A stretch of DNA of 64,000 nt from Eledone cirrhosa (Eukaryota): positions 101,990,001-102,054,000 of the forward strand of contig OZ024744.1 of assembly GCA_964016885.1 (NCBI GenBank), written 5' to 3'. The position numbers and the translations under genes are program-made. Positions 1-12,305 of the stretch are shown here, piece after piece (position 1 is the stretch's first letter; each line of letters begins with the position of its first letter). Below the pieces are notes generated by a model. The model was not told the origin of the DNA and ran no database searches. It saw only the letters and a list, made by a program, of their open reading frames with translations.

Positions 1-220
1 ATATATGAGTCTGTATATATAAATATGTATCTATAAAAAAGAAATATATATATAAAATGACCTGTTTAGAGACACGAAAGCATCGACTTCTGGCGCCTAA
101 AACTAAGGATCACCGTATATATAACATACTATATATATATATATATACATACACATGTATATATATATATATACATACACACACGTGTGTGTGTGTATAC
201 ATATACAAATATATAACCTT

Positions 221-272
<52 letters not shown>

Positions 273-304
273 CATACACACATATATGTGATCACAGGTC
301 TGCT

Positions 305-339
<35 letters not shown>

Positions 340-580
340 GTATATAGATATGTATATAGATAGATAGATATTAGACCAAAACAAAACAGTCACACTGCAC
401 ATAGTAAAAAAGAAAAACTACAGCATGCTACACCTTTCTTACACGATACATTACTTAGACTAGAGATGAGGTTAAGCTTGTGTGTATGTCTTAAATCAAC
501 AGCAACGAAAATCTTTCATTTTTACTAAGCAATTATAAATGTAAGAATATAAATACACACACACATATATATATATATAT

Positions 581-777
581 AAGCAATGAGTTATTTAATT
601 TGTTGGTTATTCAACAAATTTAGTTTAGACAGATTCGAAGCACTCTACAATATTTCTTTTGGAGTATAATATCAATAATATTAATAAATGGAAACTATCT
701 TTATAAAACCATATTTATTTTATATTATAATAAAATAAATATGGTTTTATAAAGATAGTTTCCATTTATTAATATTA

Positions 778-779
<2 letters not shown>
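581..779 (-). mobile_element. TA-embedded fold-back element (3' end of a Penelope-like element), relative of 817-1258
   Basis: 49-bp perfect inverted arms 674-722/731-779; 581-722 aligns by eye with 817-965; tail motif at 639-668 (-). Confidence 0.7.
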
Positions 780-819
<40 letters not shown>

Positions 820-955
820 CAGAAGGGATATTCAATTTGTTGGTAATTCAACAAATATAAATGTTTATAACTGATTCAGAGCACTCGACAAGTTTTCTGG
901 AGTATAAAATACAATGATATTAAATAAATGGAAAGTATATTTATAAAACCATATT

Positions 956-1018
956 TATTCTATTATATATATATTTCAGGGGTACCAAAATTTTGGTACG
1001 CTATCATCAGAGAAAATA
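956..1018 (-). ncRNA. Type I hammerhead ribozyme (mirror copy)
   Basis: Reverse complement of 1149-1211 with one stem I change. Confidence 0.7.
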
Positions 1019-1148
1019 CGAAGTGTGTTTTATAAATTTTGACATAACCAAGAAAAATATACCTTAACGGTTCAAGTTATCCAAGGATTACTTGAACCGT
1101 TTAGGTATATTATCTTTGGTCATGTCAAAATTTATAAAACACACTTCG

Positions 1149-1211
1149 TATTTTATCTGATGATAGCGTACCAAAATTTTGGTACCCCTGAAATATATAT
1201 ATAATAGAATA
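1149..1211 (+). ncRNA. Type I hammerhead ribozyme
   Basis: tattttat-CTGATGA-(gtaccaaa/tttggtac stem II)-GAAA-palindromic AT stem III-TA-atagaata; 8-bp stem I. Confidence 0.75.
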
Positions 1212-1250
1212 AATATGGTTTTATAAATATACTTTCCATTTATTTAATAT

Positions 1251-1296
<46 letters not shown>

Positions 1297-1300
<4 letters not shown>

Positions 1301-1338
1301 ACCAGAGATGGCTATATATATAGCCATCTCTGGTCAAT
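1297..1338. repeat. Perfect 42-bp palindrome centred on TA repeats
   Basis: attgaccagagatggc-tatatatata-gccatctctggtcaat. Confidence 0.85.
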
Positions 1339-1627
1339 TGCTGACTCTTTACAAAGTCTGACCCATATTAGATTAGATAGAGTTTACTAATAATCACATT
1401 TCGTCGGAGGCGTAGCAAGCAGATGCCACAGAAACATTTTTAGACCAAACTGATTATTAGCAACAAACAGCCGGCTCGCTAACCAACTAACATTACAGAC
1501 ACAAACACAACGATATATGCTAACATCACTTTTTAAAAATCATTTCTTTCTTTCATTACATTACAACCCGTTCCATGCTGCTTCCACTAAACCTAACTAG
1601 ATCCAAGTAACTGACACACACACACAC

Positions 1628-1695
<68 letters not shown>

Positions 1696-2000
1696 ATATA
1701 TATATGTATTATATATATATTATATATCTATATTTTATATATTATATATATATATTTTATATATATATATATATATATTTATGTATCATATATATATATA
1801 TATATATCACACGCAACTGTGCCATCTTCTATCGAACACTCACTTCCTCAATATCAATGTTTCGACAAATCCTCTGTCCGAATCTCATGCTTTGAACCAG
1901 CTCTTTCCTTTCGTATGTTTTCTTTTTCTCTAGTCATCATATATATATGCGTATACGTTTATATATATATGAATATATATATATGGATATATATAGATAT

Positions 2001-2041
<41 letters not shown>

Positions 2042-2043
<2 letters not shown>

Positions 2044-2229
2044 AACCAGTAAGACCCCGACGGCTGAGCTCAAGCCGTTTCGACGGCTAATTCTTCAGAA
2101 TTAGCCGTCGAAACGGCTTGAGCTCAGCCGTCGGGGTCTTACTGGTTCTTATTACCCACTCTACTACCCCAAGTATTGAGTACTTTCGTGCGTTATGGTC
2201 CACCTGGTTCCTTACCACATTTCCTTCGT

Positions 2230-2231
<2 letters not shown>
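2042..2231 (+). mobile_element. Fold-back element carrying 3' halves of a hammerhead plus tail
   Basis: Arms ~2043-2093/2096-2147; GAAACGGC-ttgagctca-GCCGTC (stem III and GUC site); tail motif 2158-2184; related fragment ~32898-32947. Confidence 0.7.
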
Positions 2232-2278
<47 letters not shown>

Positions 2279-2334
2279 CTGCCAATACTTGAATTGAATA
2301 ATCAAGAACGTAGCAGTGTGTCATATATCAAATC

Positions 2335-2406
2335 ATATATTTTGTCTGATGAGGACGTACTGAAAAAACAACACAGTACCTTTGAAATATATGTAATAAA
2401 GTATAT
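2335..2406 (+). ncRNA. Type I hammerhead ribozyme in TA-flanked element 2279-2450
   Basis: atatattttgt-CTGATGA-gtactg/cagtac-GAAA-tatatg-TA-ataaagtatat; homologue at 52896-52964. Confidence 0.75.
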
Positions 2407-2475
2407 ATTCTGATTATGAGAATATTTTTCATTTGTTAATATTTTGAATAATATATATATATATATGTATATATA

Positions 2476-2520
<45 letters not shown>

Positions 2521-2592
2521 ATGTATGTATATATATATATGGATATATATATATACGGATATATATATATGTACATGTTTATACATACACAC

Positions 2593-2646
<54 letters not shown>

Positions 2647-2944
2647 TTTATTTATATATATATAGATGTGTATATATATATGTATATATATATTTACACA
2701 CATATACATCCATATCAATCAACATGCAAATATATTCTAACTAAACATTAACCATATCGACCAAAGCACACGTTAATCTTAGGAAGTCATGTAAAATAAA
2801 AAGTACGACCGATTACTCCTACTTACTATCCCCTCTACTAATTAATGTACATGTGTGTGTGAAATGATGCATTATGTATGGTGATACTTCTTTGTTCTTC
2901 CTTACTACATGCTTACATGTGTTGAAAAGATTAGTTCGTGATAT

Positions 2945-3073
<129 letters not shown>

Positions 3074-3130
3074 AATATGTATATATATATATGCAAGCAG
3101 GGAAAAAGCGGACGTAAAATGAAATGATGA

Positions 3131-3181
<51 letters not shown>

Positions 3182-3185
<4 letters not shown>

Positions 3186-4640
3186 AATTACACAAAATAC
3201 ACAATTATCAAAGTTATGTTCAAATCATTTTATTGCTGACAATCGTTTCTTCCAAACTTTCGTTTGGAATCATTGGAGCATTAGCAATGTTTGTACATAT
3301 AATTAACCTCCTGTTCAACTGAACAATCATATAGATACATATATATTGATATTGTGAACAACAGTTTCGTATTTACAGAGTGGAATGGATGCGACATATA
3401 TTATACGAGAATTGTACAATAATTAAAATTAAAATTAAAAGCACAGAGTGGAATACATGCAACAGATAATAGAAGGGAATAGTCTAATAATTAAAGAGGC
3501 ATTGAGGAAGAATGAGGACACTAGAAGTACATATGCAAGCATGTAGAGAGTGCACATGCGTTAGTAATATATATGAAGGAAACAGTCATATATATAAAGG
3601 AAACAAGCAAATGTATTTATGGCAGTTTCTGTAGTGTTTAAATGTGTATGTGTTGAGAGTATCAAAGTTATTGTTATCTTTTCCATTACATATGTTAAAT
3701 TATATTTTAGTTAATGTTTATATTGAATGGTTTTAGTTAGTTACAGCAATAGATTGTAAATTGGAATAGAATACAATAAGACCAATTTACAATCCATTGC
3801 TATAACTAACTAAAAACATATACCTGTGTTATTTTACGTGATACCAAATGCTGTATGGCAAAGGTATCACGTAAAATAACACAGGTATATGTTTTTAGTT
3901 AGTTATAGCAATGGATTGTAAATTGGTCTTATTGTATTCTATTCCAATTTACAATCCATTGCTGTAACTAACTAAAACCATTCAATATAAACATTAACTA
4001 AAATATAATTTAACATATGTAATGGAAAAGATAACAATAACTTTGATACTCTCAACACATACACATTTAAACACTACAGAAACTGCCATAAATACATTTG
4101 CTTGTTTCCTTTATATATATGACTGTTTCCTTCATATATATTACTAACGCATGTGCACTCTCTACATGCTTGCATATGTACTTCTAGTGTCCTCATTCTT
4201 CCTCAATGCCTCTTTAATTATTAGACTATTCCCTTCTATTATCTGTTGCATGTATTCCACTCTGTGCTTTTAATTTTAATTTTAATTATTGTACAATTCT
4301 CGTATAATATATGTCGCATCCATTCCACCCTGTAAATACGAAACTGTTGTTCACAACATCAATATATATGTATCTATATGATTGTTCAGTTGAACAGGAG
4401 GTTAATTATATGTACAAACATTGCTAATGCTCCGATGATTCCAAACGAAAGTTTGGAAGAAACGATTGTCAGCAATAAAATGATTTGACCATAACTTTGA
4501 TAATTGTGTAATTTGTATTCTTGCTCTGTAAAACAACTGATGTTCTTACATTGAGCTATTTCTCTTACTGGTAATAAGTTAGTAATAAATTACTGACCTT
4601 TCCTGTTTATAGTTGTTTATAGTATATACATAACTATAAA
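3182..4640. mobile_element. ~1.34-kb palindrome (Penelope-like fold-back) with hammerhead-like fold in each arm and one-sided tail
   Basis: Arms ~3182-3845/3863-4518 with few mismatches; tail 4519-4640 with GCTC..GAGC motif; left end abuts (TA)n. Confidence 0.8.
4428..4474 (+). ncRNA. Hammerhead-like fold with variant core (CCGAUGA)
   Basis: tgct-CCGATGA-ttccaaac GAAA gtttggaa-GAAA-cgattGTC-agca; mirror at 3234-3280 reads CCAATGA. Confidence 0.65.
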
Positions 4641-4756
4641 TAGTATCATTATTATTATCATTATTATTATTACTTATTTATATATACATATATATGCGAT
4701 GTAAACGTCAAAAGATCGGAAAACTCAGAGCGACGTTTTATAAAGTTTGAGCTCCC

Positions 4757-5070
4757 AATACATACACACACACACACACATGTATATATATATATACATA
4801 CACACATACATAGTCATACATATACACATACATACGTATGTCATACATATATATACACACACACACACGCATGTATATATATATATACATACATACCTAC
4901 ATATATACACACATACATAGTCATACATATATACATACGTATGTCATACATATATATACATACACACACACGCATGTATATATATATATAAATACATACA
5001 TACACACATACCTACATATACACACATACATAGTCATACATATATACATACATTTGTATGTCATACATAT
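4757..5070. repeat. Compound (CA)/(TA)/(TACA) microsatellite with ~115-bp internal duplication
   Basis: Recurring tagtcatacata / cgtatgtcatac / cacgcatg landmarks. Confidence 0.8.
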
Positions 5071-5162
5071 TATGCCCAAAATATGGGGATCTTATTTAAA
5101 ACCTTACCTTCTCGCTAACTACCCAACATCCCTTCCTCCCGTCCCCACGCACCACCATTATT

Positions 5163-5257
5163 ACTTTGCCTTTCATCCTTACGGGGTCGATAAAATAAAG
5201 TACCAGTAATGCACTGGGTAAATGCTGGCCTTGTGCCTAAAGTAGAAACAATTATTA
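5163..5257 (+). mobile_element. SINE family A 3' fragment
   Basis: ctttgcctttcatccttacggggtcgataaaataaagtaccag...gtagaaacaattatt. Confidence 0.85.
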
Positions 5258-5302
5258 CGTGGACCAATCATAAGTCAGAGGCCCATACTATCGCTTAACT
5301 GG

Positions 5303-6499
5303 TTGCCTTTCGATATGATGGATGGACTACGGAATTCTGGAGAGTTGAAGAGCGAAAAATTTGGACGCTCAGTGACAATGCCAAAGATAAAGACAAATTC
5401 ACCTCGTGGACGAGAATGCAAGCACTCCTCCTCCTTGTTTCGGCCGCGGATGGCTAACATACCCCCCCCCCCCCCCCACCGCTCCCAACCTCCAAAAGCA
5501 ATCCAAAACTTCAGAGTTGGTACCATGAATGTAGGCACCTTAAAGGGTCGCTCTAACGAGGTTGTAGAAATGCTTGAACGTAAAGAGGTCGATGTTTGTT
5601 GTATTCAAGAGACCAGGTGGAGGGAAGGGTCTGCTAGATTCATCGTGGGTAAAGAACGATGCTATAAGCTTTTCTGGGTGGGAAATGACAATGGGCTGGG
5701 TGGAGTAGGAATCATGGTAGCAGAAAAGTGGGCAGATAAGATAATAGACGTAAATAGAGAGAACGACAGAATAATTAAAATAAGACTTGTCCTCAATAAA
5801 ACTACGGTGACAGTAATATCTGCGTACGCACCCCAATCCGGACTGCCCGGCGCTATAAAAGACAGATTCTATGAGATACTGATGCTCGCTACCTCCCAAA
5901 TAACCGACAGTGACTATATAATTATTGCAGGCGACCCAAATGGTCACGTTGGACAACATTGTGACGGCTATGACGGAATCCATGGAGGCTATGGGTTCGG
6001 TACTAGAAATGAGGAAGGCTCCAGAATCCTGGAATTCTGTGACGCAAATAACCTAACTATCTGTAACACTAACTTCAAAAAACGAGACAATCACTTGATC
6101 ACCTATAGATCGGGGGAACACACAAGCCAGGTAGATTATATCCTTACCAGAAGACGTGACAGAGTGTCTGTTGTTAACACTAAATCCCTCCCCCATGAAG
6201 AATGCACCTCCCAACATAGACTGATAATTAGCGACCTCATAGTCAGGACGAGACGTACTAGACAGCAGAAGAGGACTATCCTCAGGAGAAAAATATGGAA
6301 GCTAAAGGATCCCACAGCCAGAAATAAATTTCAAAGCATATTACTTGATGCTTTCGACAGTAAGGAAGAGCAATTAGTCGTAGAAGGTAGAGGAACAGTG
6401 GGAATTCCTGAAAGCAAACCTGCTGATGGCGGCAGACGAAGTCTGTGGCTGGAGCAGGCCTGTAGGCAGGAGGAGAGTAACATGGTGGTGGAACAGTAA
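5303..6499 (+). pseudogene. AP-endonuclease domain of RTE ORF
   Basis: GTMNVGTL, CCIQETRW, SAYAPQ, AGDPNGHVG, QVDYIL, SQHRLII motifs. Confidence 0.92.
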
Positions 6500-8027
6500 G
6501 GTGGAGGGGTCAATTAAGACCAAAAAGCAGGCTTGGAAAGTATGGCGGGATGGGGGAAGTAGAGAAGACTACCAAGTGGCCAGGAGGGAAGCTAGGAGAC
6601 AAGTGTACTTCGCAAGAAGGGAAGCAGAGGAAAGAAAGGTCAAGCATGTTCTACAACGTGAGGTGTTCAGGATTGCTAGGCAATGTGTCAAGGAAAACCG
6701 TGATATTGTCGGGGAGAAGTGTGTACTTAATGATGATGGCGTACTTGCCATCACTGACGCTGATAAGAAGGTAGCTTGGAAGTGTCACTACGAAAGGCTT
6801 CTAAATGAGGAGAACAAATGGGAGAAAGACAGTCTCCCCCACATCAACCCAATAGAGGGAACAGCAGTGTTAGTCGAAGGTAGTATAATAAGTAAGGCAA
6901 TCAAAGATATGAAGACGTGTAAGGCGGCTGGGCCTTCGGAAATAGTTGCTGAGATGCTGAAAGCATCTGGAACGGTGGGACACACCATGGTCACCCGGAT
7001 AGTAAACCAAGTCATACAGAATGGGGTTGTTCCGAAGGACTGGCATAGCAGCATCATCATTAACTGTTACAAGGGGAAAGGAGATGCCCTAGATAGGTGT
7101 AACTATAGAGGCATTAAATTAATCGACCAGGTCATGAAGGTCACGGAAAAAGTAATAGCACAACTAATCAGAGAGAGAATTGATCTAGATGAAATGCAGT
7201 TCGGGTTTGTGTCAGGCAAAAGTACCACAGACGCTCTTTTCATTGTACGACAACTACAGGAGAAGTACCTAGCTAAAAGTAAACCCCTATACTTAGCTTT
7301 TGTTGACTTGAAGAAAGCCTTCGACAGAGTCCCCCGTTCCATTATCTGGTGGGCTCTTAGAAAACTAGGTGTTGACGAATGGCTTATGAGAGCTATACAA
7401 GCCATGTATAAAGAAACAGTCAGCAAGGTTAGAATTAACAACGAATATAGTGAAGAGTTTAGCGTAAAAGTTGGTGTCCATCAGGGCTCTGTTCTTAGCC
7501 CCCTACTATTTATTATTGCCCTTCAGGCTATAACAGAGGAGTTCAAGACCGGCTGCTCATGGGAACTCCTATACGCAGATGATCTAATGCTCATAGCTGA
7601 ATCAATGACCGAGCTAGAGAAGAAATTTCAAACATGGAAGCACGGCCTAGAATCAAAAGGCCTTAAAATTAACCTGGCTAAGACTAAAGTTCTAGTTTGT
7701 AGGAAAGAAAATAAGGCACCGGTCCCTTCCGGGAAATGGCCATGCTCAGTGTGTAGGAAAGGCATAGGTAGAAACTTCATTTTATGTCCCAAATGCAAAG
7801 TAAGGGTGCATAAAAGATGTAGTGGGATCACAGGTAAGCTAACTAAGAACATAGATTTTACATGTGGCCGGTGCTCTGGTGCAATAAGTAGCAGCAAGTG
7901 CCCACAAAATACTAGCTCTTTCAATTGCGCAGAGGGTTCTATAGAAGTAGTGGACAGCTTCCGTTACCTGGGTGACAAAATCAGCAGTGGGGGAGGGTGT
8001 TCTGAAAGTACAGTAGCTAGAGTCTGA
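6426..8027 (+). pseudogene. Reverse transcriptase of RTE ORF with PHD-like insert
   Basis: NYRGIKL, QFGF, FVDLKKAFDRV, GVHQGSVLSP, YADD, FRYLG. Confidence 0.92.
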
Positions 8028-8090
8028 ACTGGATGGAAAAAGTTCAGAGAGCTTATACCACTATTAGCCGCTAAAGGGTTCTCCCTAAAA

Positions 8091-8483
8091 ATGAAAGGCA
8101 GGTTGTATGATGCCTGCATACGAACAGCAATGTTGCTTGGCAGTGAGACCTGGGCATTGTGTGCAGAGGATATACGCAGACTAGAGAGGAGCGAAGCTTG
8201 CATGCTCTGCTGGATTTGTAATAGTAATATACGTGAACGGCAAAGCATAAACGAACTAAGGAAAAAATTAGAAATAAGAGGGATCAGATGTTATTTACTC
8301 GAGAGAAGGCTACGTTGGTATGGTCACGTGATGCGCATGAAAGACGACAGCTGTATAACAAAGTGCAGGGCAATAAAGATAGATGGTAGCCACGGAGTAG
8401 GCAGACCCAGAAAAACCTGGGACGAGCTGATAAATTCCGACCTCACACACTTACACCTCTCCAAGACAATGTCACTGGACTGA
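8091..8483 (+). pseudogene. C-terminal region of RTE ORF
   Basis: GSETW, RRLRWYGHVMRM, GRPRKTW; same frame as 6426-8027 beyond a premature stop. Confidence 0.9.
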
Positions 8484-8973
8484 GACCTTTGGCGGTACTC
8501 AGTAATAGAGAAGACCCGCCTTACCTAAATACAAAGTAAAACCTACTACAGTCAGTAGGCATCTCTAACAAAATACACCCCCGTCCCACCACCCCCACCC
8601 CATCCACACCACCCCCTTCAATGTAAAGTTATGTTGGTGCCACAACATCCAGGCCGAAACAAATGAGATCGTGAAGGTGTCACGACAAAAAACACACAGT
8701 CCACGCTGTAATGTGGCCATGTAGGCAACACGGTAAAAACCTCCCAGCCCCACACTGTAAATGTGGTTGGTGTTAGGAAGGGCATCCAGCTGTAGAAAAC
8801 CCGCCAGACAGTCCTATGCAAGCAAGACAACCACTCTTGCCTCAAGTGGGAAAACTCCCGTCCAAACCCATGCAAGCATGGAACATGGACGTTAAACGAT
8901 GATGATGATGATGACATACGTACAAACATACAAACACTCATACATGCATACATACATATATACATACACATAC

Positions 8974-9582
8974 ATGGTGGCTGCCAACTCGTTTTCGAGT
9001 ACGGCCACTACTTTATATCCATGTAGGAAAACCCCTACCGACGCGCTGAACGAGTGCGACTTTTTAGTCCAGCCAGCGACTTGAAAACTCTGGTACAAAC
9101 ACTACACTTGTGACAATTATTGACACATAGTGCTGGGCCCATGGTACCATGTGACGACAAGTGCAGAGATATCTCCAGATATAAAGCAATGCCTGTGTCG
9201 TGAAGCTTTTATAGTGAGCAAAGGCACTGCACAAAGCCAGTCCCACTCTCTTAACCAAGATGATATTTACCAAAAAAGAAGAACATCATTGGATACCATC
9301 AGGGTTGCAGGTGTTATATCAGAGTTTTCCTTCTCCTAGAATTCTGCCGTGACAAAGGCTAAGGGGTCATCTCTCCCAGTGATTTTGGATGGCCATTGAC
9401 TCTTAAAAGCTCCTTTGCCCTTTGACAGGTTTTGTTTTTAGTCCTGCAGGATGTTCAAAGTCACCCTCCTCACCAAGAAACCTTGGTGGGGTTGCCAGTT
9501 TAGTCGCCAACGACCCGACCATGAGACAGGTTGTACTGGGATACATGTTACCAGTAGCACCAACTGGTGACCTGGTGACCTG
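8974..9582 (-). mobile_element. Non-autonomous RTE-derived element (family C) with C2H2-finger remnant and (TATG)n tail
   Basis: ~605 bp, closely similar to 15094-15698 and 52013-52617. Confidence 0.8.
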
Positions 9583-9643
9583 ACATACATACATACGTAT
9601 ATACATACACATACATGCACACTCATATGTTCATTCGCACCTA

Positions 9644-9703
9644 TTCATTCTGACGACTGAAGACAGACGCAACATCTGCCTTCAAGAAACCACTGTTAAT
9701 GAA
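9644..9703 (+). ncRNA. Type I hammerhead ribozyme
   Basis: ttcatt-CTGACGA-tgaag.caga/tctg.cttca-GAAAC-cact-GTT-aatgaa. Confidence 0.7.
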
Positions 9704-9819
9704 ATAATTATCTTATGTTGTTTATTACATAACTATATATATATATATATATATATTCACAGACATACGTACACACACACATACATATATATACATACGG
9801 CGGTCCCCCATTATCGTGT

Positions 9820-10932
9820 GGCCTCTTAAAGTAAATGAATGGCTTGGGAAAGCTGTACAAACCATATATACAGGAACAGTCAGCCAAGTTAGAATTAACA
9901 CTGAATATAGTGAAGAATTTAACGTGCAAGTTGGTGTCCATCAGAGGTCTGTCCTTAGCCCTCTCCTGTTTATTATCATCATATAGGCTATAACAGAAGA
10001 GTTTAAGACTGGCTGCTCATGAGAACTCCTGTGTGCAGATGACCTAACCCTTATAGGTGAATGTATGGTAGAATTACAGAAGACATTCCAAACCTGGAAG
10101 CATGGCCTACAATCAAAATATCTTAAAGTTATCTTGTCAAATACCACAGTCCTAGTATGTAGTAAGGAAAACAGGGCCCAGATTCCCTCAGTGAAATGGC
10201 CCTTCCCAGTGTGCAGAAAATGAGTAGGTAGAAATACCACCCTGTCTCAAAGGAAAACTATGGGTACACAGGAGATGCAGTGGGATGTCAGGTGGGCTAT
10301 CATAGAATGTAGGTTTTATATGTGGCTGCTGTACAGGTGCAGTAAGTAGCAAGATCCTACAGGATACTAACTTCTTTAAATGCCCAGCTGGCTCAGGAGA
10401 AATAGGCGACAATTTCCGTTACCTTGGTGTCCAAATCAGCAGAGTAGGCGGGTGTTCTGAAAGTACAGTTGCAAGAGTAAGAATGAGATGGAGAAAGTTC
10501 AGCGAGCTACAACTGTTTAGCTACGAAAAGTTTTTTTTTTACTCAAAGTGATCTGCTTTCCCATGAGCACAGACTAAGCGTCCATTTAGTATGCACCACC
10601 TACACTTCCATCCCTCTTCCATACACCTCCCACATCCCAACACCACCCACCCACTAACTAACTCTGCTCCTCACACATACCCCTATACCTATGTCCCCAA
10701 TACCCGCACACTAGAGCACATTGTAAAGTGGTAGTGTTGGTGTCACAACAAAAAAGCACCCAGTTCACACTGCAAATGTGGTTGGCATTAGGAATGGCAT
10801 CCAGCTGTAGAAACCAAGCCAGTATCAGTTCTGTATGACAAGACATGGTCACCTGACTCGACTTGCTTCAAATGAGACAACCCGTCTAACCCTTGCAAGT
10901 GTAGTAAATGGATGTTAAATGATAATGATGAA
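9820..10932 (+). mobile_element. Degenerate 5'-truncated RTE
   Basis: Similar to ~7370-8090 plus RTE 3' UTR and GAT-like tail; many stops. Confidence 0.85.
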
Positions 10933-10949
10933 GTATACATATATATCTG

Positions 10950-11125
10950 TGTGTGGTGAATTGGCAGAGTCATTAAGATATCAGATAGAATGCTTTACAG
11001 TATTCATCTCACCTTGTGCGCTCTGAGTTCAAATCCCGCCATGGTCAACTTTGCCTTTCATCCTTTCAAGGCCAATAAAAAAAGTACCAGTGCAGTACTC
11101 GGGGTTGATTCTTCCTCTATAGAAA
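10950..11125 (+). mobile_element. SINE family A, diverged
   Basis: B-box-like gagttcaaatccc and ctttgcctttcatccttt central domain. Confidence 0.75.
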
Positions 11126-11245
11126 AATTTGGCTGTGTTTAGACCTGAAGAGGGTTGGGCTCCGCCAGGTTTAAAAGTGCCCTAAACACCCGTATGATGG
11201 TGCCTCAGTGACTCCACAAGGACTTAAGGGATCATTATCCTTTAT

Positions 11246-11296
11246 AGATTCCTGATGATTTCAAATGAATGAAACAGTTCTAGTCCTGTAGAATCT
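11246..11296 (+). ncRNA. Type I hammerhead ribozyme in element ~11130-11380
   Basis: agattc-CTGATGA-ttca/tgaa-GAAACAG-loop-CTGTA-gaatct; tail motif 11315-11339, then (TA)n. Confidence 0.8.
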
Positions 11297-11399
11297 CATC
11301 TATATTAAAACTGTTATACTCTGCTATGTATTGAGTACCTTACTTACTGTGGTTACCTCCGATTCAACCCGGAATAACGTATATATATATATATATGTT

Positions 11400-11613
11400 A
11401 TGTATTTCCATAGAAAAGGTAAATAAAGAAAAGAAGAGTGCTCTATGTATTGTACAGAGCTATTTAATTACATAATAAACAACACAATATAATTATTCCA
11501 TTACCAAAGGTTTCAGGATGAGCATACTGGACGTTTCAGTTAGGATTGTCGAGTTTCCTGAAACCTTTGGTAATGGAATAATTATATTGTGTTTTTCATT
11601 ATGTAATTAAATA
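11400..11613 (-). mobile_element. Fold-back element with hammerhead 3' halves
   Basis: Arms 11461-11517/11556-11613 containing GAAACC-ttt-GGTA; tail motif 11437-11460 (-). Confidence 0.7.
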
Positions 11614-11630
11614 TATATCTATATATATAT

Positions 11631-11935
11631 AGTATATACAAAGTTTCATACACTTAACATGTATGTGTAACCATTGGTTTCAGGTTATGGCCACCACCGT
11701 ATATTGGAGAAGGCACTTTTAAATTGGCTCTTCCTCGATATATCTGTCCACGTGCCCGAGGAAGGGGTAGTTTAAATGTGCCTCCTCCAATCTACAGTGG
11801 TGGTCATAACTGGACCAAGAAACCATTGGTCACACATACATGTTAACTGTATGAAACTTTGTTTATACTAAATAAGCTCTCTTGCAACAGATTGAGCACT
11901 GTTTTCCTTGATCTTTCATCTACGGATTTCTACAC
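11631..11935 (+). mobile_element. Older fold-back element with tail
   Basis: Diverged arms ~11631-11737/11757-11870; GAAACC-att-GGTC; tail motif 11876-11900. Confidence 0.65.
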
Positions 11936-11944
11936 GCCCCCTCA

Positions 11945-12160
11945 ACATGAATGGACCTGTTATTTTTATCTAAAGACATTTTTTTCCAATCCCATCCTGC
12001 CCGTCCCCTCAATCTATTTTATTTCTCATTCTTTCTTCTGATGAAGGACTTGCATCCGAAACGTTAAGACCCTCTTCCTGCTATATCAAGCGTTAACCTA
12101 ATATATCCCTTCCATATACTGTACGAATTGCGTTGTTATTTCTGTTTACCTTTTACGTAT
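11945..12160 (+). mobile_element. Penelope-like 3' terminal repeat with minimal hammerhead at 12034-12069
   Basis: tctt-CTGATGA-agga/tcc-GAAACGTT-aaga; copies at 23035-23240 and, downstream of a GIY-YIG relic, 39150-39362 (-). Confidence 0.8.
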
Positions 12161-12246
12161 ATATACACACAAAGATAAGTCAAATTAAATGAACTGTCAA
12201 TAAATTTCTCCTTCTTAGTTATTCCTTTTTTTTCCTGGTACCAGAC

Positions 12247-12305
<59 letters not shown>

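Larger units (their letters stand above)
817..1258. mobile_element. Palindromic hammerhead-bearing Penelope-like terminal element in (TA)n
   Basis: Arms 909-1082/1085-1258, one hammerhead per arm, ~90-nt one-sided tail 817-908. Confidence 0.8.
5258..8913 (+). mobile_element. Near-full-length RTE-clade LINE, inactivated
   Basis: APE then RT, 3' UTR with 48-bp subrepeats, (GAT)n tail; frameshift near 6380-6430 and stop at 8025-8027. Confidence 0.95.

Noticed and set aside
1845-1882. Minus-strand gaca..tgtc-GAAAC hammerhead half
   Set aside because: No CUGANGA upstream
3182-4518. Palindromes as sequencing fold-back artefacts
   Set aside because: Arms carry substitutions, divergence differs among loci, and one palindrome arm hosts an RTE insertion; long-read confirmation is still desirable
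5303-8483. Active autonomous LINE
   Set aside because: A frameshift and premature stops disrupt the single ORF
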